Source: Octopus sinensis
Taxonomy: Eukaryota
Reading direction: 5' to 3'
Assembly (NCBI RefSeq): GCF_006345805.1
Contig: NC_043004.1
Span: forward strand, 91,884,001-91,948,000
Length of the DNA: 64,000 nucleotides
Below the pieces are notes generated by a model. That model saw only the letters and a list, made by a program, of their open reading frames with translations. It did no database searches and had not been told where the DNA came from. Each line of letters opens with the position of its first letter. Within the stretch, counting starts at the first letter, position 1. Both the position numbers and the translations under genes were made by a program. This document shows positions 13,060 to 25,991 of this stretch, one piece after another.

Positions 13060-13960
13060 GCACCACATACATTTACACATTATATTAGTGTGTGTGTGTG
13101 AATCAGTTGCGTGTGTGTGTGTGTATGTGTATACACATATACGTGAAGCGATTGATATTTACAATACTTTGAAGGCCAAAAACAATGAATAATTTCATGT
13201 CCCAGTAGAGAACCACATTTACCCAAGTGTGGTGAGTGAATACAACACACACACACACACACACACACGTGTTTCATATAATCGACTATGTGTGTATCAG
13301 TGTATGGATGTGAATAGGTGCTTATCTGTGTGTGTATACATATACATATATATTTGTGTGTGTGTGTGTGTGTGCGTGTATGTGTGTGTGTATGTGTGAA
13401 TGTATTATATGTGTATTGTTTGTAATGGATGAGACAATACTTATCCATTTTATTTAATTGATAAACCCCAAAATAACAGCAAACGAACAAAAAACTACTT
13501 CATGTAAAAGAATAATAATGTCAGTCATTTATGAATTATTCCGAGACGCTTTTGGCACGAAAAAGCAATAATAAAGCCAGAGTTAACATATTTAATATTC
13601 TGAATATCAGAACGCTAACTAAAATCTCCGAGTAATAATTTAAAAATAAAACCAAAAAAAAAAAAAAAAAAAAAAAAGGACACGAAAACAAATAATTATT
13701 TATTAACTGATTTTATTGTAATCATTTAGTCAAATACGTCAAATTATTCCGAAAATTACTTTTGAAACTGTTCTAGTGTCTTATGCCAACACAAACATTC
13801 ATTGTAAATTTACTTGATGATTCGCCGATCGCTACTTTGGCAAGAACGTTTAAGATTGAACTTTATTTATGTGATTATAAAAACGACTGAAATATGTCCG
13901 ATGTCGGATTCCGTATTTTATGAAATAGGTAAAAATAATATCAATGTATTAGATAAGTAA

Positions 13961-14292
13961 AAAGGTAAAGGGTAAAAGCCCCCTTCGGTCGTGAATGATC
14001 ATGGGATTGCACCTAGAAAGTTACCATCCAGGCTAGATTATATATGGAAGACCAGCACTCACCTAAGCATACCAGTCTCCCCTCTCAACGCCACTGATGT
14101 CATCCAAAGGTAAGCCAAAGGATGATACAGTTTGCCACTAGTGACGTCGCAACTCTTTTCTACGGCTGAGTGAACTGGAGCAACGTGAAATAAAGTGGCT
14201 TGCTCAAAAACACAATACACAGCCCAGTCCGGGAATCGAAATCACTACCTCATGCTTGTGAGCTCCATAAACACTGAAGCATGCGCATTCAC
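13961..14292 (-). mobile_element. SINE, family D-like head with a different (E-type) tail
   Basis: Head and core as at 10860-10986 (CTGAGTG(G/A)ACTGGAGCAACGTGAAATA). The tail GGTAAAAG...TTGCACCTAGAAAGTT is also seen at 841-885. Confidence 0.7.
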
Positions 14293-14370
14293 ACGTTAGA
14301 TAAGGTCTGAAAATTTGCAACAAGAGAACAGTCAATTGTATCAATACCAGTACTTAATATGTATTTCTAG

Positions 14371-14458
14371 GGAGGCGGGCTGGCAGAAACGTTAGCACAC
14401 CGGGCGAAATGCTTAGCGGTATTTCGTCTGCCGCTACGTGCCTAGAGTAGAAAAGAAT
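14371..14458 (+). mobile_element. Internally deleted SINE family A (head fused to tail)
   Basis: The head ...GGTATTTCGTCTGCCGCTACG joins directly to the tail TGCCTAGAGTAGAAAAGAATA. Confidence 0.8.
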
Positions 14459-14794
14459 ATATATTTCTATTTCATCAGTACCAGAAAGATGATAAAGTTA
14501 ACATAACAGAATTTGTTAAGGTCGGAAAAAAATAATATTAGTTGATGATTGGTATAGTTTTTTTTTATCTCGCGTATGTTGTAGTGCAAAATTTTCAGAA
14601 AGGTAGTGGTTTGTGTTAATTGCACAAAATGAATTATAACTTGCAAATGATGCATAAATGTATACATACATACATACACACACACACACAAACGCATACA
14701 TGCATGCATACATACATACATACAAACAAACGTACATACATTCATATACATATATAGTACGTACATAGTACATGCATGCATTAATATATGTACA

Positions 14795-14818
14795 CATGCA
14801 TATATGCATACATACATT

Positions 14819-14850
<32 letters not shown>

Positions 14851-15045
14851 CGTAAATGCATGATACATAATTACGTATGTACGTACGTACATGCATGGAT
14901 ACCTACATACGTACGTACATTCACGGATACATACGTACGTGCGTACATGCACGGATACATACATATGTACGTATGTACATACACGGATACATACATACTT
15001 ACGTACACACTTGGATACATACATACGCACCTATATTCATACATA
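14795..15045 (+). repeat. (CGTA/CATA)-rich minisatellite element
   Basis: Irregular units containing GGATAC and ACGTACGT. Homologous to 10270-10550. Confidence 0.8.
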
Positions 15046-15344
15046 CATGATGGCTGTCTACACAGTAGACGAGCATGGCAAGGAGTATCAGCAATGTCCG
15101 GGCAAATGTATTAAGCCGAGTGCGGCTTGCACAACACCACAACGACTCACACAGACAACACCGTGTAACCTAGAGACAAGCAAAGCGCTAGATATACGGG
15201 TCAGTATCGCAACAGGTTTTAAGTTTTTCATCCGAGTTAGCCTTCTTCTAGAGAGCTGCCTTGACAAAGATGAGGGGTACCACATTCCCAGAGGACTTAC
15301 TGTATCCGACGTCCCTGCGCATACCTTATCAGAAGACATGTATA

Positions 15345-15389
<45 letters not shown>

Positions 15390-15462
15390 ATGCGAACGGC
15401 TAAACACCGTTATATGAAATAATTCGTTCAAATGTTCTAGTACCTCCGGAATGTAACAGAAA

Positions 15463-15551
15463 ATCCATACTGATGACGAATATGGTTAGTAAAGTATATT
15501 TTTTTATATTCTTTATGTAAAAACTTAATTCAGAAACGCGCGTCTATGGAT
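15463..15551 (+). ncRNA. Type-I hammerhead ribozyme-like motif
   Basis: ATCCATA-CTGATGA-c-GAAT...ATTC-a-GAAA-CGCGCG-TC-TATGGAT: perfect 7-bp stem I, intact CUGAUGA and GAAA cores, GUC triplet, palindromic ACGCGCGT stem III. Confidence 0.7.
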
Positions 15552-15729
15552 GATCGGATATTGATTGATTTTCGTTGCTTTACTCTCCGCCCGTGTGATT
15601 AAACTTCAAGTGTTTTGGGTTCTCTGGAAGACCCTTTTTTAAAGTAGAAGAAATAGCTAAGATTTTGGCTGCTATTTCTGAACTTTGGTATGCGGTGAGG
15701 CAATTCTTTTGCTGAACCCTTTTTATTAG

Positions 15730-15760
<31 letters not shown>

Positions 15761-16312
15761 TATATATACATATATACACACAGACACAGTTTTTACTGTT
15801 GCTTGACCATTAATACCTGCTATATCTCTCTCTCTTTCTGCCTTTGAAACACACTGTCACACATACATAGACGCACACACACATACATGAAAGCAATTTC
15901 TCACACTCAAACACTCTAGCACTCATTCTTAAAATAATTCAAATATAAACACCAGTCATACAGAATACATTCACACTCTTTGATTTTCCTGTACCTCCCT
16001 TCTGCTAACCGGATTCTGACCTTGAACTATCTCAACGGACATTCTCTTCTGCTTTCACCCACCCTGGCGTCAACGTATATAGATAGACAATTTGTGCCAT
16101 TTATCTCATGGGCTCCTCGTGAGCATTTGTCGAAAAGCTTGCTGTGCATTTTTTTGGTGGAGAATTAAGTTCTGGATTTTCCTGAAGAGAAGGCTGCAAA
16201 ATGGACTCCTTATTCAATCCGAATTAGGGACTTTGCAGCCTTTGAAACATATGTAGAAAATAATAAAAAGGAATTTTGTTAAATCTTCGTTTAGCTCCAT
16301 TTCTTCCTACAC

Positions 16313-16378
<66 letters not shown>

Positions 16379-16439
16379 GCACGCTTTTGGATGTTCGTTG
16401 ACTCTCTTGTGTCCCGAAAGGTGTCCAATAAGTCACCCT

Positions 16440-17830
16440 CCTTACCAAGCAAGCTTGGTGGGGTTTACCGGTTTAGTAGCCAATGACTCGACCATGCAAC
16501 AAGCTGTACTGAGTTACATGTAACTAATAGCACTCGAGAGCGAGCTGACAACACCACCAAAAATAAATATATAAACTTCGAGCTGAAAAGCGAAGAGAAC
16601 AACTTTCTATTTATCGAAAGTGAGTTCCTCGTCTTTGTCAAGGCTATAGGATGCTATCTTCCTGATGACATCCTATACAGCCACAAAACGACCGGACTAA
16701 CATACCTCAAAGAAGACCTGGATGGGAAACGCTCAGCATACCAAAGAAAGACAATACATGGATATATATCCCGAAGACTTGATGAAAATAATAATATCGA
16801 CATGGAGTGAAACATGTGTGGGTCTTGTGACTGCTATATAATATATCTCAGCTCGAAAGCTACGAAGGCGATTGCTACGAATTACTTTGTAAATAAAAGG
16901 AAAGTGAAACCCTTCGAGCCTCATGATGCAACCGAAAATATAGATTATGTCACATTTCTTTGAATGACATCCCACATGTGATTTACGGCTGCCCAAAAGT
17001 GTTATCAAGGTGCTACCTCACAATGCGACACAACGTTGTCGCTAAAACAATATACAATGTTATTCGAAAAAAGGCTACCCCAGAATAAGTATAGAGACTC
17101 CTCCTGTTATTGAATACATGCACAAACATCAACACTAGGAATATTAGTGGAAATTCCCATCGAAACTTCTGTGAAGTGTAGACATAACAAACTGGATATT
17201 GTTGAAAATGTATGTCCCGTCATAGAGGTCAGCTGCCTTGTTAATGTGAATGTTTCTTCGAAGATGAAAGAGAAAGAGAAAAGCTATGGTCAGCTATTCC
17301 AGTGCCTCTAGCTACTATATCCCGATTATGGTGTGTGGAAGCACTCCGTCGGTTACGACGATGAAGGTTCCGGTTGATCCGATTCAACGGAACAGCCTGC
17401 TCGTGAAATTAACATGTAAGTGGCTGAGCACTCCACAGACACGTGTACCCTTAACGTAGTTCTCGGGGATATTCAGCGTGACACAGAGAGTGACAAGGCC
17501 GGCCCCTTGAAATACAGGTAGAACAGAAACAGGAAGTAAGAGTGAGAGAAAGTTGTGGTGAAAGAGTACAGCAGGGATCACCACCATCCCCTGCCGGAGC
17601 CTCGTGGAGCTTTTAGGTGTTTTCGCTCAATAAACACTCACAACGCCCGGTCTGGGAGTCGAAACCGCGATCCTACGACCGCGAGTCCGCTGCCCTAACC
17701 GCTGGGCCATTGCGCCTCCACATCCCGATTATAAATTCACATTTGTAACGATAATAATTAGTGCACTTAGTTTTGTGAGTAAATGCCTAAGTGAAAATTT
17801 GAATGAGCTAAGGTTTTCACAAAAGAAATC
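16440..17830 (+). mobile_element. Degraded RLE-type (R4/Dong-like) non-LTR retrotransposon 3' part, interrupted by a SINE
   Basis: Conceptual translation gives HVIYGCPKVLSRCYLTMRHNVVAKTIY (Zn-knuckle region) and HNKLDIV...IEVSC...KEKEKSYGQL (PD-D-K type). It continues after the SINE as YPDYKFTFVTIIISAL. Confidence 0.7.
17330..17721 (-). mobile_element. SINE family C, full length, with 11-bp TSD
   Basis: TSD ATCCCGATTAT at 17319-17329 and 17722-17732. Confidence 0.95.
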
Positions 17831-17986
17831 AACCAGTTAATTCGTACATTACAAATACAATCTCTGAGTGAAATAGTGAAAGTATGTGAGGCTTTTCCCA
17901 AATTTAAAATGTGACATTGTTTTTATCTACATTCAAACGATGGGGTTTTGTATCTTTGTTATAAACCAGCTCCTCTCTCAGAAGAG

Positions 17987-18035
<49 letters not shown>

Positions 18036-18367
18036 AAATTGAGGGAGTGGAGCAGGTAAAATTCAGGGTACATATATTTCCTAGCTTAAAGATCTTCTGA
18101 TGTAATAATTACTCAACGAGGAGTACTCAACGGAAGATACCTTAGTTATATGAAGGTTACATTGTCGTTAAGGGATCCCAAGTTAACTCGCCGAAGATAT
18201 GATTTTTTGTGTTTTTTATACCTACCACAGACTGCTCCAAGCTTACTAACTTCCTACACTTAGATCCTTGGGTCTTATGATTATATATATATATATGTGT
18301 GTGTGTGTGTTTATGTGTGTCTGTGTATGTATTCTGTTGTTGAGTACTCATTTTCTTAGTTGGATCA

Positions 18368-18765
18368 TCTTTATATATAAAAGAGAGGTTGTGTGTCTGT
18401 CTCCTACGATTTAGATTCCTAACTACTCCCACATTTTGCGGTGCAGTTTAACCAAACCCGGGTATCTTATAGTCGTGATTCATATCGAGCCCTTCTGTGT
18501 ATTAGCGCGCGTCTACGATGAGTCTACGATTTAAAAAAAAGTTACCATCATTTTTTCCCATTTTAATGCATTTTTCGCTATTATATAAGGGAAGTAACTC
18601 TCTAAAAATGTCTACGATGAGTCAACGATTAAAAAAAAAAATTACCATCATTTTTTTTTTCTATTTTTAATGCATTTTTTTGCAATTTTTTGGCTATAAC
18701 TCTCTGAAAATGCTTATATAGTTATTTCCCTTACAAACCCGAGCAACGCCGGGCGATACTGCTAG
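18368..18765 (+). mobile_element. Non-autonomous Helitron-like element (copy 1; copy 2 at 50378)
   Basis: Starts A|TCTTTATATATAAAAG and ends CCCGAGCAACGCCGGGCGATACTGCTAG. Near-identical to 50378-50773. Confidence 0.8.
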
Positions 18766-19118
18766 CATTCAATAAAATTCTCAGGTTTAAAAATTAAAAA
18801 TTAAATGTAGTAAAAATGTCATTGTCTTCTTCATTAAATTCTTTCATATTTTTCTTTGTAGATGACTGAGCCTCTCTGCAACCTGGATCCGCTTAGGGTA
18901 AGATTATTGTAGCAAATGTTTTGTTCTTCAAGTTTCATTTTTACTCTTGAAATTGGCATATATTTCTGTGCAGATTTACCGGTGAATATACTATAGAAGT
19001 GGTGTCACAAGTCAATAGTTTAAAAGGTTCTGTAAATCAATGTCAAAATTCGTTTCCAGATTCACATATTAAGGATGTAAAATTCCAGCAAGCATAGACA
19101 AGGAAAAACTTCACAGAT

Positions 19119-19515
19119 CTCTTTTACTCTTTTACTTGTTTCAGTCATTTGACTACGGCCATGCTGGAGCACCGCCTTTAATCGAGCAACTCAACCCCGG
19201 GACTTATTCATTGTAAGCCCAGTACTTATTCTATCGGTCCCTTTTGCCGAATCGCTAAGTGACGGGGACATAAACACAACAGCATCGGTTGTCAAGCAAT
19301 GCTAGGGGGACAAACACAGACACAGAAACACACACACACATATACATATATACGACGGGCTTCTTTCAGTTTCCATCTACCAAATCCACTCACAAGGCTT
19401 TGGTCGGCCCTAGGCTATAGTAGAAGACACTTGCCCTAGGTGCCACGCAATGGGACTGAACCCGGAACCATGTGGTTTGTAAGCAAGCTGCTTACCACAC
19501 AGCCACTCCTGAGCC
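19119..19515 (-). mobile_element. SINE family B, full length
   Basis: Full match to the other family B copies. Confidence 0.9.
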
Positions 19516-20200
19516 ATGATACTCTATGATACTCTAATAACTGCTATGATACTCTAATAACTGCAATTTCATTTTGGAACACAAGATTAATTTTATCAAA
19601 TTCAATCAGTGTAGTCATGTCTCATAAATGTTGAAGTTCTTCAGCTGTATCTGAGTAAATTGCACGTAATTCCCTTGCATAATAGATATTGTAACTAGAA
19701 GTTGATTTTTGAAAATGTAAATTTTATGCATGCCACTGGCTTACTCTACTTTTCACACTGTTACTTCTCATTATTTATCTTGTGACGGAATAAAGAACCA
19801 TTTTCTGTAATTCTTCCCTATCTTTGCTTAATTTATTTATGTATCTTCATGTAAGATTCTATGAAACCAGTTGTAAGTTCTCTTAACCGGTAAGCAATGT
19901 TTAAAAGTAATTCTTCATCAACGTGGGAACATGCGGAATGGAAAAACTGGCAAGCAGTTTTTATGAGAATTAGCATTGGGTTATCTAATGTCATTAACTT
20001 ATAAAGAGAATTTTTAACGTCTCAAAGGTCTGTTGCAACAACGTAAAAAAAAGCTTTAATAGTAATCCCCATGTCACTCAATACTTTTTTTCACAATTTG
20101 ATACAACACTTCAGCAGGAGTTTTGCAATAATGAATAACACTATAAAGTGGTATAATTTGATGCAATCTTATCTTATCGCTTATTGTTATATCTAGCACA

Positions 20201-20247
<47 letters not shown>

Positions 20248-20661
20248 TTCACAAGCAATATTAATCGACACATCCCAAAATTAAAAGCAGATTATTATTA
20301 GTTTTCAGTTTGATCTTTTAGTAAAGAAGGAATAATAATACTCTTATAAGTGACATACGTTTTGAGCAATGCAGTTTCAAAACAACTGCAGTTGATGATA
20401 AAATAATTCCTACATGATCGATACTTGCATGATAATCTGCAAATGCTATTGACTGAAATTCTAATTTTATTATTTCGCTACTAGGGGAAAACTGCATGAA
20501 AATAGTTTATTTAAAATTTGAGTTAATTACAGCGATATTTTCTTGTGTTTATTTGAATAAGTATACTTTGCTAAATTGGTTTTGTGGATTGTTATTTCAA
20601 CATTGCACACTTATCATAGTTTTAAATTACTATTATGCTTTGGTTTTTACTCCCAGTCGAA

Positions 20662-20882
20662 GCCTTTAGTATTCAAACCGGCCATATCAGGCCCAAATGT
20701 TCTACCTATTTTATGCTCAAAATGACAAAGATTAAGCCTCTCACGCCTACCTTACAATGTCATTTTAAAAACTAATAATCTCGTCATTGAAATCTTAAAG
20801 CTACAAGATTTTGCATGATAAATTCAAAATGATATGATTAAGTAAGTATTACATTTGCTAGAGTAATCTGAATGCTAAAGGG
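20662..20882. mobile_element. piggyBac-type MITE
   Basis: TIR CCTTTAGTATTCA / TGAATGCTAAAGGG, followed by TTAA on the right. The left end is degenerate. Confidence 0.65.
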
Positions 20883-20900
20883 TTAAAAATTGATGAACTG

Positions 20901-21313
20901 CTCTTTTACTCTTTTACTCTTTTACTTGTTTCAATCATTTGACTGCGGCCATGCTGGAGCACCGCCTTTAGTCGAGCAACTCGACCCCGGGACTTATTCT
21001 TTTTTGTAAGCCCAGGACTTATTCTATCGGTCTCGTTTGCCGAACCGCTAAGTTACGGGGACGTAAACACACCAGCATCGGTTGTCAAGCAATGCTAGGA
21101 CAAACACAGACAAACATATACACACACATACACATATATATACATATATACGACGGGCTTCTTTCAGTTTCCGTCTACCAAATCCACTCACAAGGCTTTG
21201 GTCGGCCCGAGGCTATAGCAGAAGACACTTGCCCAAGATGTCACACAGTGGGATTGAACCCGGAACCATGTGGTTGGTTAGCAAGCTACTTACCACACAG
21301 CCACTCCTGCGCC
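20901..21313 (-). mobile_element. SINE family B, full length
   Basis: Full match to the family. Confidence 0.9.
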
Positions 21314-23578
21314 AGACTTTTTGAAACTTTTTAGTACTTTTCCTGCTTTCTCATAATTTAAATGGGTTTTAGTTTTGGTACAACCGAGGTTTGTTCGGAG
21401 TTTCGTCATATGACCGAGTAACTGGGGTGAAAATCCTAATTACTAATTATTACACCAGAGCGTCTCTATGTAGTAGCTCTACATGCTAGAAATAGCAACC
21501 AAATATACCTGAACTTACACCCTATCGTCCTAAATAGAGAGAGATGTATTGGAAAGAATTAGACTAGTCTGTTATCCTTTAAGGTAATGTATGAATACCG
21601 GTATAAACTGGCAAAACTTTTGCTTAGAGGCACAGTGTTTCCAGACAGCCCTACCAGCACTGCCTGTTTGCTAATGCTTCCCTCATTCTGTAACACTTAT
21701 ACATGTTCTTACAATATATTAATTATTTATAACTGGCAAGTTCCATTAAAACTATACGTAGTATCAATGTTATTTCTATTTTAATGGAAACATTTATATA
21801 TCTTCACAACATTGTTTCATTATGCTAAATATTATAGAATTTATTATAGACTAGCAAAATATTGTAAATTGTTAAGATACATTTAATTTAAGTTAATATT
21901 GGATAATATTGAAATTTTACATTAAATTCTTGAAGCAAATGTTAAAATATAGGATCGTACATCTATATTGTTTGCCTGATCAATTTGTGCAAGGCATGTG
22001 ATGTAATTATTAGCACTGTAGCAGCTACTGTGTGATTGTCCGAGATAATCAGTTATAAATGATCAGTGATGCAACAAGTTTTAATGGGAGTAGTTCGTGG
22101 AATTTCACGTTATTGTCTCTTCTCATATATATCACTATGAACTGCATCGGTAAATTAGTTTCAAATTACTTCACCTTGTATCAATTATGGTACTCTATAA
22201 TTTACACTATTCTAAGGATGTGAATTTATAATATATTGTGTATCAAATTATTTTAAAATATTGCAAAGCAGATTTGATTTAATTTGTCTATAAATTTTAC
22301 CGACAGGACAAAACTATCATTATAGACACCTTATGCCTGAATAAAAATTAAAAAAACCCAAAACAGAATGATCGCGACTAGAATGCTCTTCATAATAAAT
22401 CTGCTTTCTCAAAGTTGATTTGCTTCTAATCAACATCAACGGCTGCGACTTATTTTAATAAATCCCAGAAATATGAATGACAAAGTTGACCATGCTGGGA
22501 TATGAACTCAGAAAGCGATGAATAATACGAAATGCCGTGGATGGAATATTTTATCGTCCGACTCACTACCGAATCTGCCATCGACTTCGATTTTTAAAAG
22601 TTCACAGATTTTAAAGAATAGTATCGTCGATTCAATCAGCACCGGAACTTGACTGGTATCTATCTTATTGATCCAGAAAGGCAAATCTGACAACGGATGC
22701 ATTTGATCGTGTAATATTAAAGGATGTAACTAAATATTTAAAAAAACTATCTCTTTCGGTGCTCTTTTATCGTATGTGACACACCATTCCACTCCACCGT
22801 TGGTTGAAAAGACCAGTACTCTAAGTGAGCCAACACACCTTGTGAAGTTCAGTGGGACGAAGTTTAATTATTTTGGCATTTGAACTTACAGGTTTAAAAT
22901 GTACCAATCACAAGTTCACAAAAGCTGTAACGAGGAAGATCACACATCCCGAAACACCTCCTTCCAAACGCATCGTTTTCGTTCTCATATTCTCGTTGTT
23001 GCTTACATTCTTGAATTCTTGACTCATTCACATTAGCAAAACACAAATATTCGCATGAGCATGCGCGCATTGCTCATTTGAATAGTATGAATTAGAAATT
23101 ATTTGGATAGTAACGAATGTCCTCCTAAAATTGGAGCGACATGTGTGATAGTTTGTGGACGTGCATAAATTACATTCACATAAACATACACACACATACA
23201 CACATCCTGCCTTTTATAGATATACAGATGTATATGATGTATATTATATATATAAAACTCCACACCCAGAGAGTCTCGGTTTCGATCCCACTAAGTGGCA
23301 TTTTGGCTATATGTCATTTTTCTCTAGCCAAGAGTTGACCGTTACACTTTGAACAAAATCGAGTTATCTGAAGCTATAGAAGATCATCAGCTGAATTGGA
23401 CCCACGATTCAAAGAAACAACCTTATCTAACATTCTGCGACTGTCAGAGAATAATGTTAAAAGTAGTTGTGTCTTTGGAATCTTCAGCCACTAACACTTT
23501 AATTCGACGTAATTGAATTGATCGAACAGTTGAATCTCATCATTGAACGACGGAGAACCATAAACGTATATGTATGTA

Positions 23579-24165
23579 TGAGGGGTGCTGAAAAGTTCCT
23601 GGCTTTAAGTAATAGAAAATACAAGAGGATCAGTTAATTATGATTTTATTGAACACGAGCAGAACGCCCTCCACGTCCAATAGACGGTGCTGAGTTGTCA
23701 AACATTTAAACCAAATTTTCTCAAAACAACTTGTCCGATCGTCCCATAGGCTTCCCCTTTGAGAAACACTGATTTAACCTAAATTTGAGACACCAGCAAA
23801 AGAAGAAATAAAGATAGACTAATTTTCTATACCAAAGAAAAACGATTTTATTCACTTTATCGATCGCATTCTCATCTGGAATCGATTTTTGTAATTTTCT
23901 TCAAGACTTATACACACCCTGATACTGTCGGTATCTACATATCAAATTTGAGCGCAATCGGATGGAGGATGCCTGAGATCCTAGAAGACACACACACAGG
24001 CATCAGAACGGATTTTATATAATAGATAGTCCCCTCTCAGATTCACGGACTTATTGCAGCGGTCCTTCAGCCTTTCTAAGCTTTGTGAAAGAACTTGGAA
24101 GGTTGGGCCTCCTTCCAGGCCTTTCATGTTATCCTTAAAGCAAAGAACTCTTCAGCATCCCCTCG
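23579..24165 (-). mobile_element. Mariner-derived MITE with TA TSD (interrupted)
   Basis: TIRs TGAGGGGTGCTGAAAAGTTCCTGGCTTTAAG / CTTAAAGCAAAGAACTCTTCAGCATCCCCTCG, with TA on both sides. The internal minus strand encodes a mariner-like C-terminus, LKDRCNKSVNLRGDYVQ*. Confidence 0.85.
23656..24026 (-). mobile_element. Helitron-like element inserted in the mariner MITE
   Basis: Minus strand A|TCTATTATATAAAATCC...GGGCGTTCTGCTCG|T. No TSD, and removing it restores the host frame. Confidence 0.75.
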
Positions 24166-24419
24166 TATGTTCTCTTCAGTTATTTTTATATTTAAATTCT
24201 TCCTCTGAAGAAGAATCGGGTTTCTAATAAAGACACAAAACTCCATCGTTAGTATGTAGATAACAAAACAATGTCACACTTAAAACTTGAGGAAAGTCTT
24301 GCAGATTTTTACAGTTCCACTCACAGTTTTTTTTTGTAATGTGCAAGTTAGCTAGTTGATTTCTTTTTCTGAAAACACTAGCTTATTCAGATTGTCACTA
24401 ATGCATTTACTCACATCAT

Positions 24420-24576
24420 GTATGTATGCATGTATGTATGTATGTATGTATGTATGTATGTATGTATGTATGTATGTATGTATGTATGTATGTATGTATG
24501 TTTGTATGTATGTATGTATGTATATATGTATGTATGTTTGTATGTATGTATGTATGTATGTATGTTTGCATGTATG

Positions 24577-24609
<33 letters not shown>

Positions 24610-24790
24610 TTGTATGTATGTATGTATGTTTGTATGTATGTATGTATGTATGTTTGTATGTATGTATGTATGTATGTATGTTTGCATGTATGTATGTATG
24701 TATGTGTACGTGCGTGTGTGTGTATATGTACGTGCGTATGTATGTATGTATATGCGCACTATCTATCTATGTTTATGTATGTATGCAAGT
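24420..24790. repeat. (ATGT)n microsatellite
   Basis: Seen directly. Confidence 0.95.
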
Positions 24791-25493
24791 ATGTATGTTA
24801 ATTGAAGCGAAGTTAATCATCCAGCAATTCAGCTAGCAACCTTGGTGTTCCAAGTTCAAACTCCGTTGGGATTTCATATCGCAGAACTTTTTAGCTGAAT
24901 ATGAATAAATAATTACATTTCTTTGTATCATTTTCAATTTAGTTTAATCACCATCGTTTCTCACCCTCCCTTCCACCCCACTCTTTATTTCTGTCTGCAC
25001 ACACACAACACACACACACACACGTATACAGATTGTATATGTGTGTGTATGGGCATATCTATAAGTATAAAAATATGTATGCATATATGTATCTCTCTTT
25101 TTCCTTCTCGTTCTCTCTTTCTCCACACACACGCACGCGCGCACACACACACATATATAACACAGATAATCTTTTAAAATATTTACTAGCCTTATTACAG
25201 ACATATACGTGTGAGGACCCTACCATGCGTCTATCTGCGAGAACAAGAGTTATTAATTAAACAAAGCTAGTTATTTCAAATGTCACAATCGTATATCTAT
25301 CGGGATCATATCAAAGTGTAACCGGTAATCGTAAAGTTCGTGTTGTGTTCTCGGTTCTACTTAGTGTCCCTGGTAAAATTAAAATAAAAGGTTTTAGTAA
25401 ATAAAATAAAGGTTTTTAGTGGCTCATTTGATACAAAGCGGCTAGCTGTTGACAGGGACCACCAGGTGGAAGATACATATTCTTTCTTGGACA

Positions 25494-25688
25494 TATTCTT
25501 TCTACGTCAGGTACGAGGCCCGAAATTTTGTGGGTGGGATAGTCGGTTGAATCGGCCCCCAGAGCGCAACTGGTACTTATTTTATCGGCTTTGAAAAGAT
25601 GAAAGGCAAAGTTAACCACGGCAGAACTTGAACTCGGCATGTAAAACCTCAAAAATGCTGTTAATCGTTTTGTCCAGCGTACTAACAT
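25494..25688 (-). mobile_element. SINE family A, diverged
   Basis: Tail and body match. Confidence 0.75.
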
Positions 25689-25991
25689 CTCTTGTACATG
25701 TTAATCGGCATTTAGAGTTCGTCTAAGCGTAAATGGGTACCAAGTTAGTCTCATGCAGGTATATGAGACTACCATGCTATATTTCGATCTAAGCAGTAAA
25801 CAAAAATCACATAATGGTACAGTCCCTCAAGCTGTTCCATGGTATGCTATATCTCATCAAGTTGTAAATAGTTATCATGTGTAGGCACAGTCCATTTAAC
25901 TTTAAAAATACACGCTGAAGAGTTAAACGCATTTGCTTATAAATTAATACAACTTGAAAGCGCAGTAAACCATGGGATGTTATATCTATCT

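Noticed and set aside
14891-15403. 170-aa ORF with a unique middle
   Set aside because: It starts and ends in satellites, has no motif or splice support, and the middle is probably a retroposon UTR fragment.
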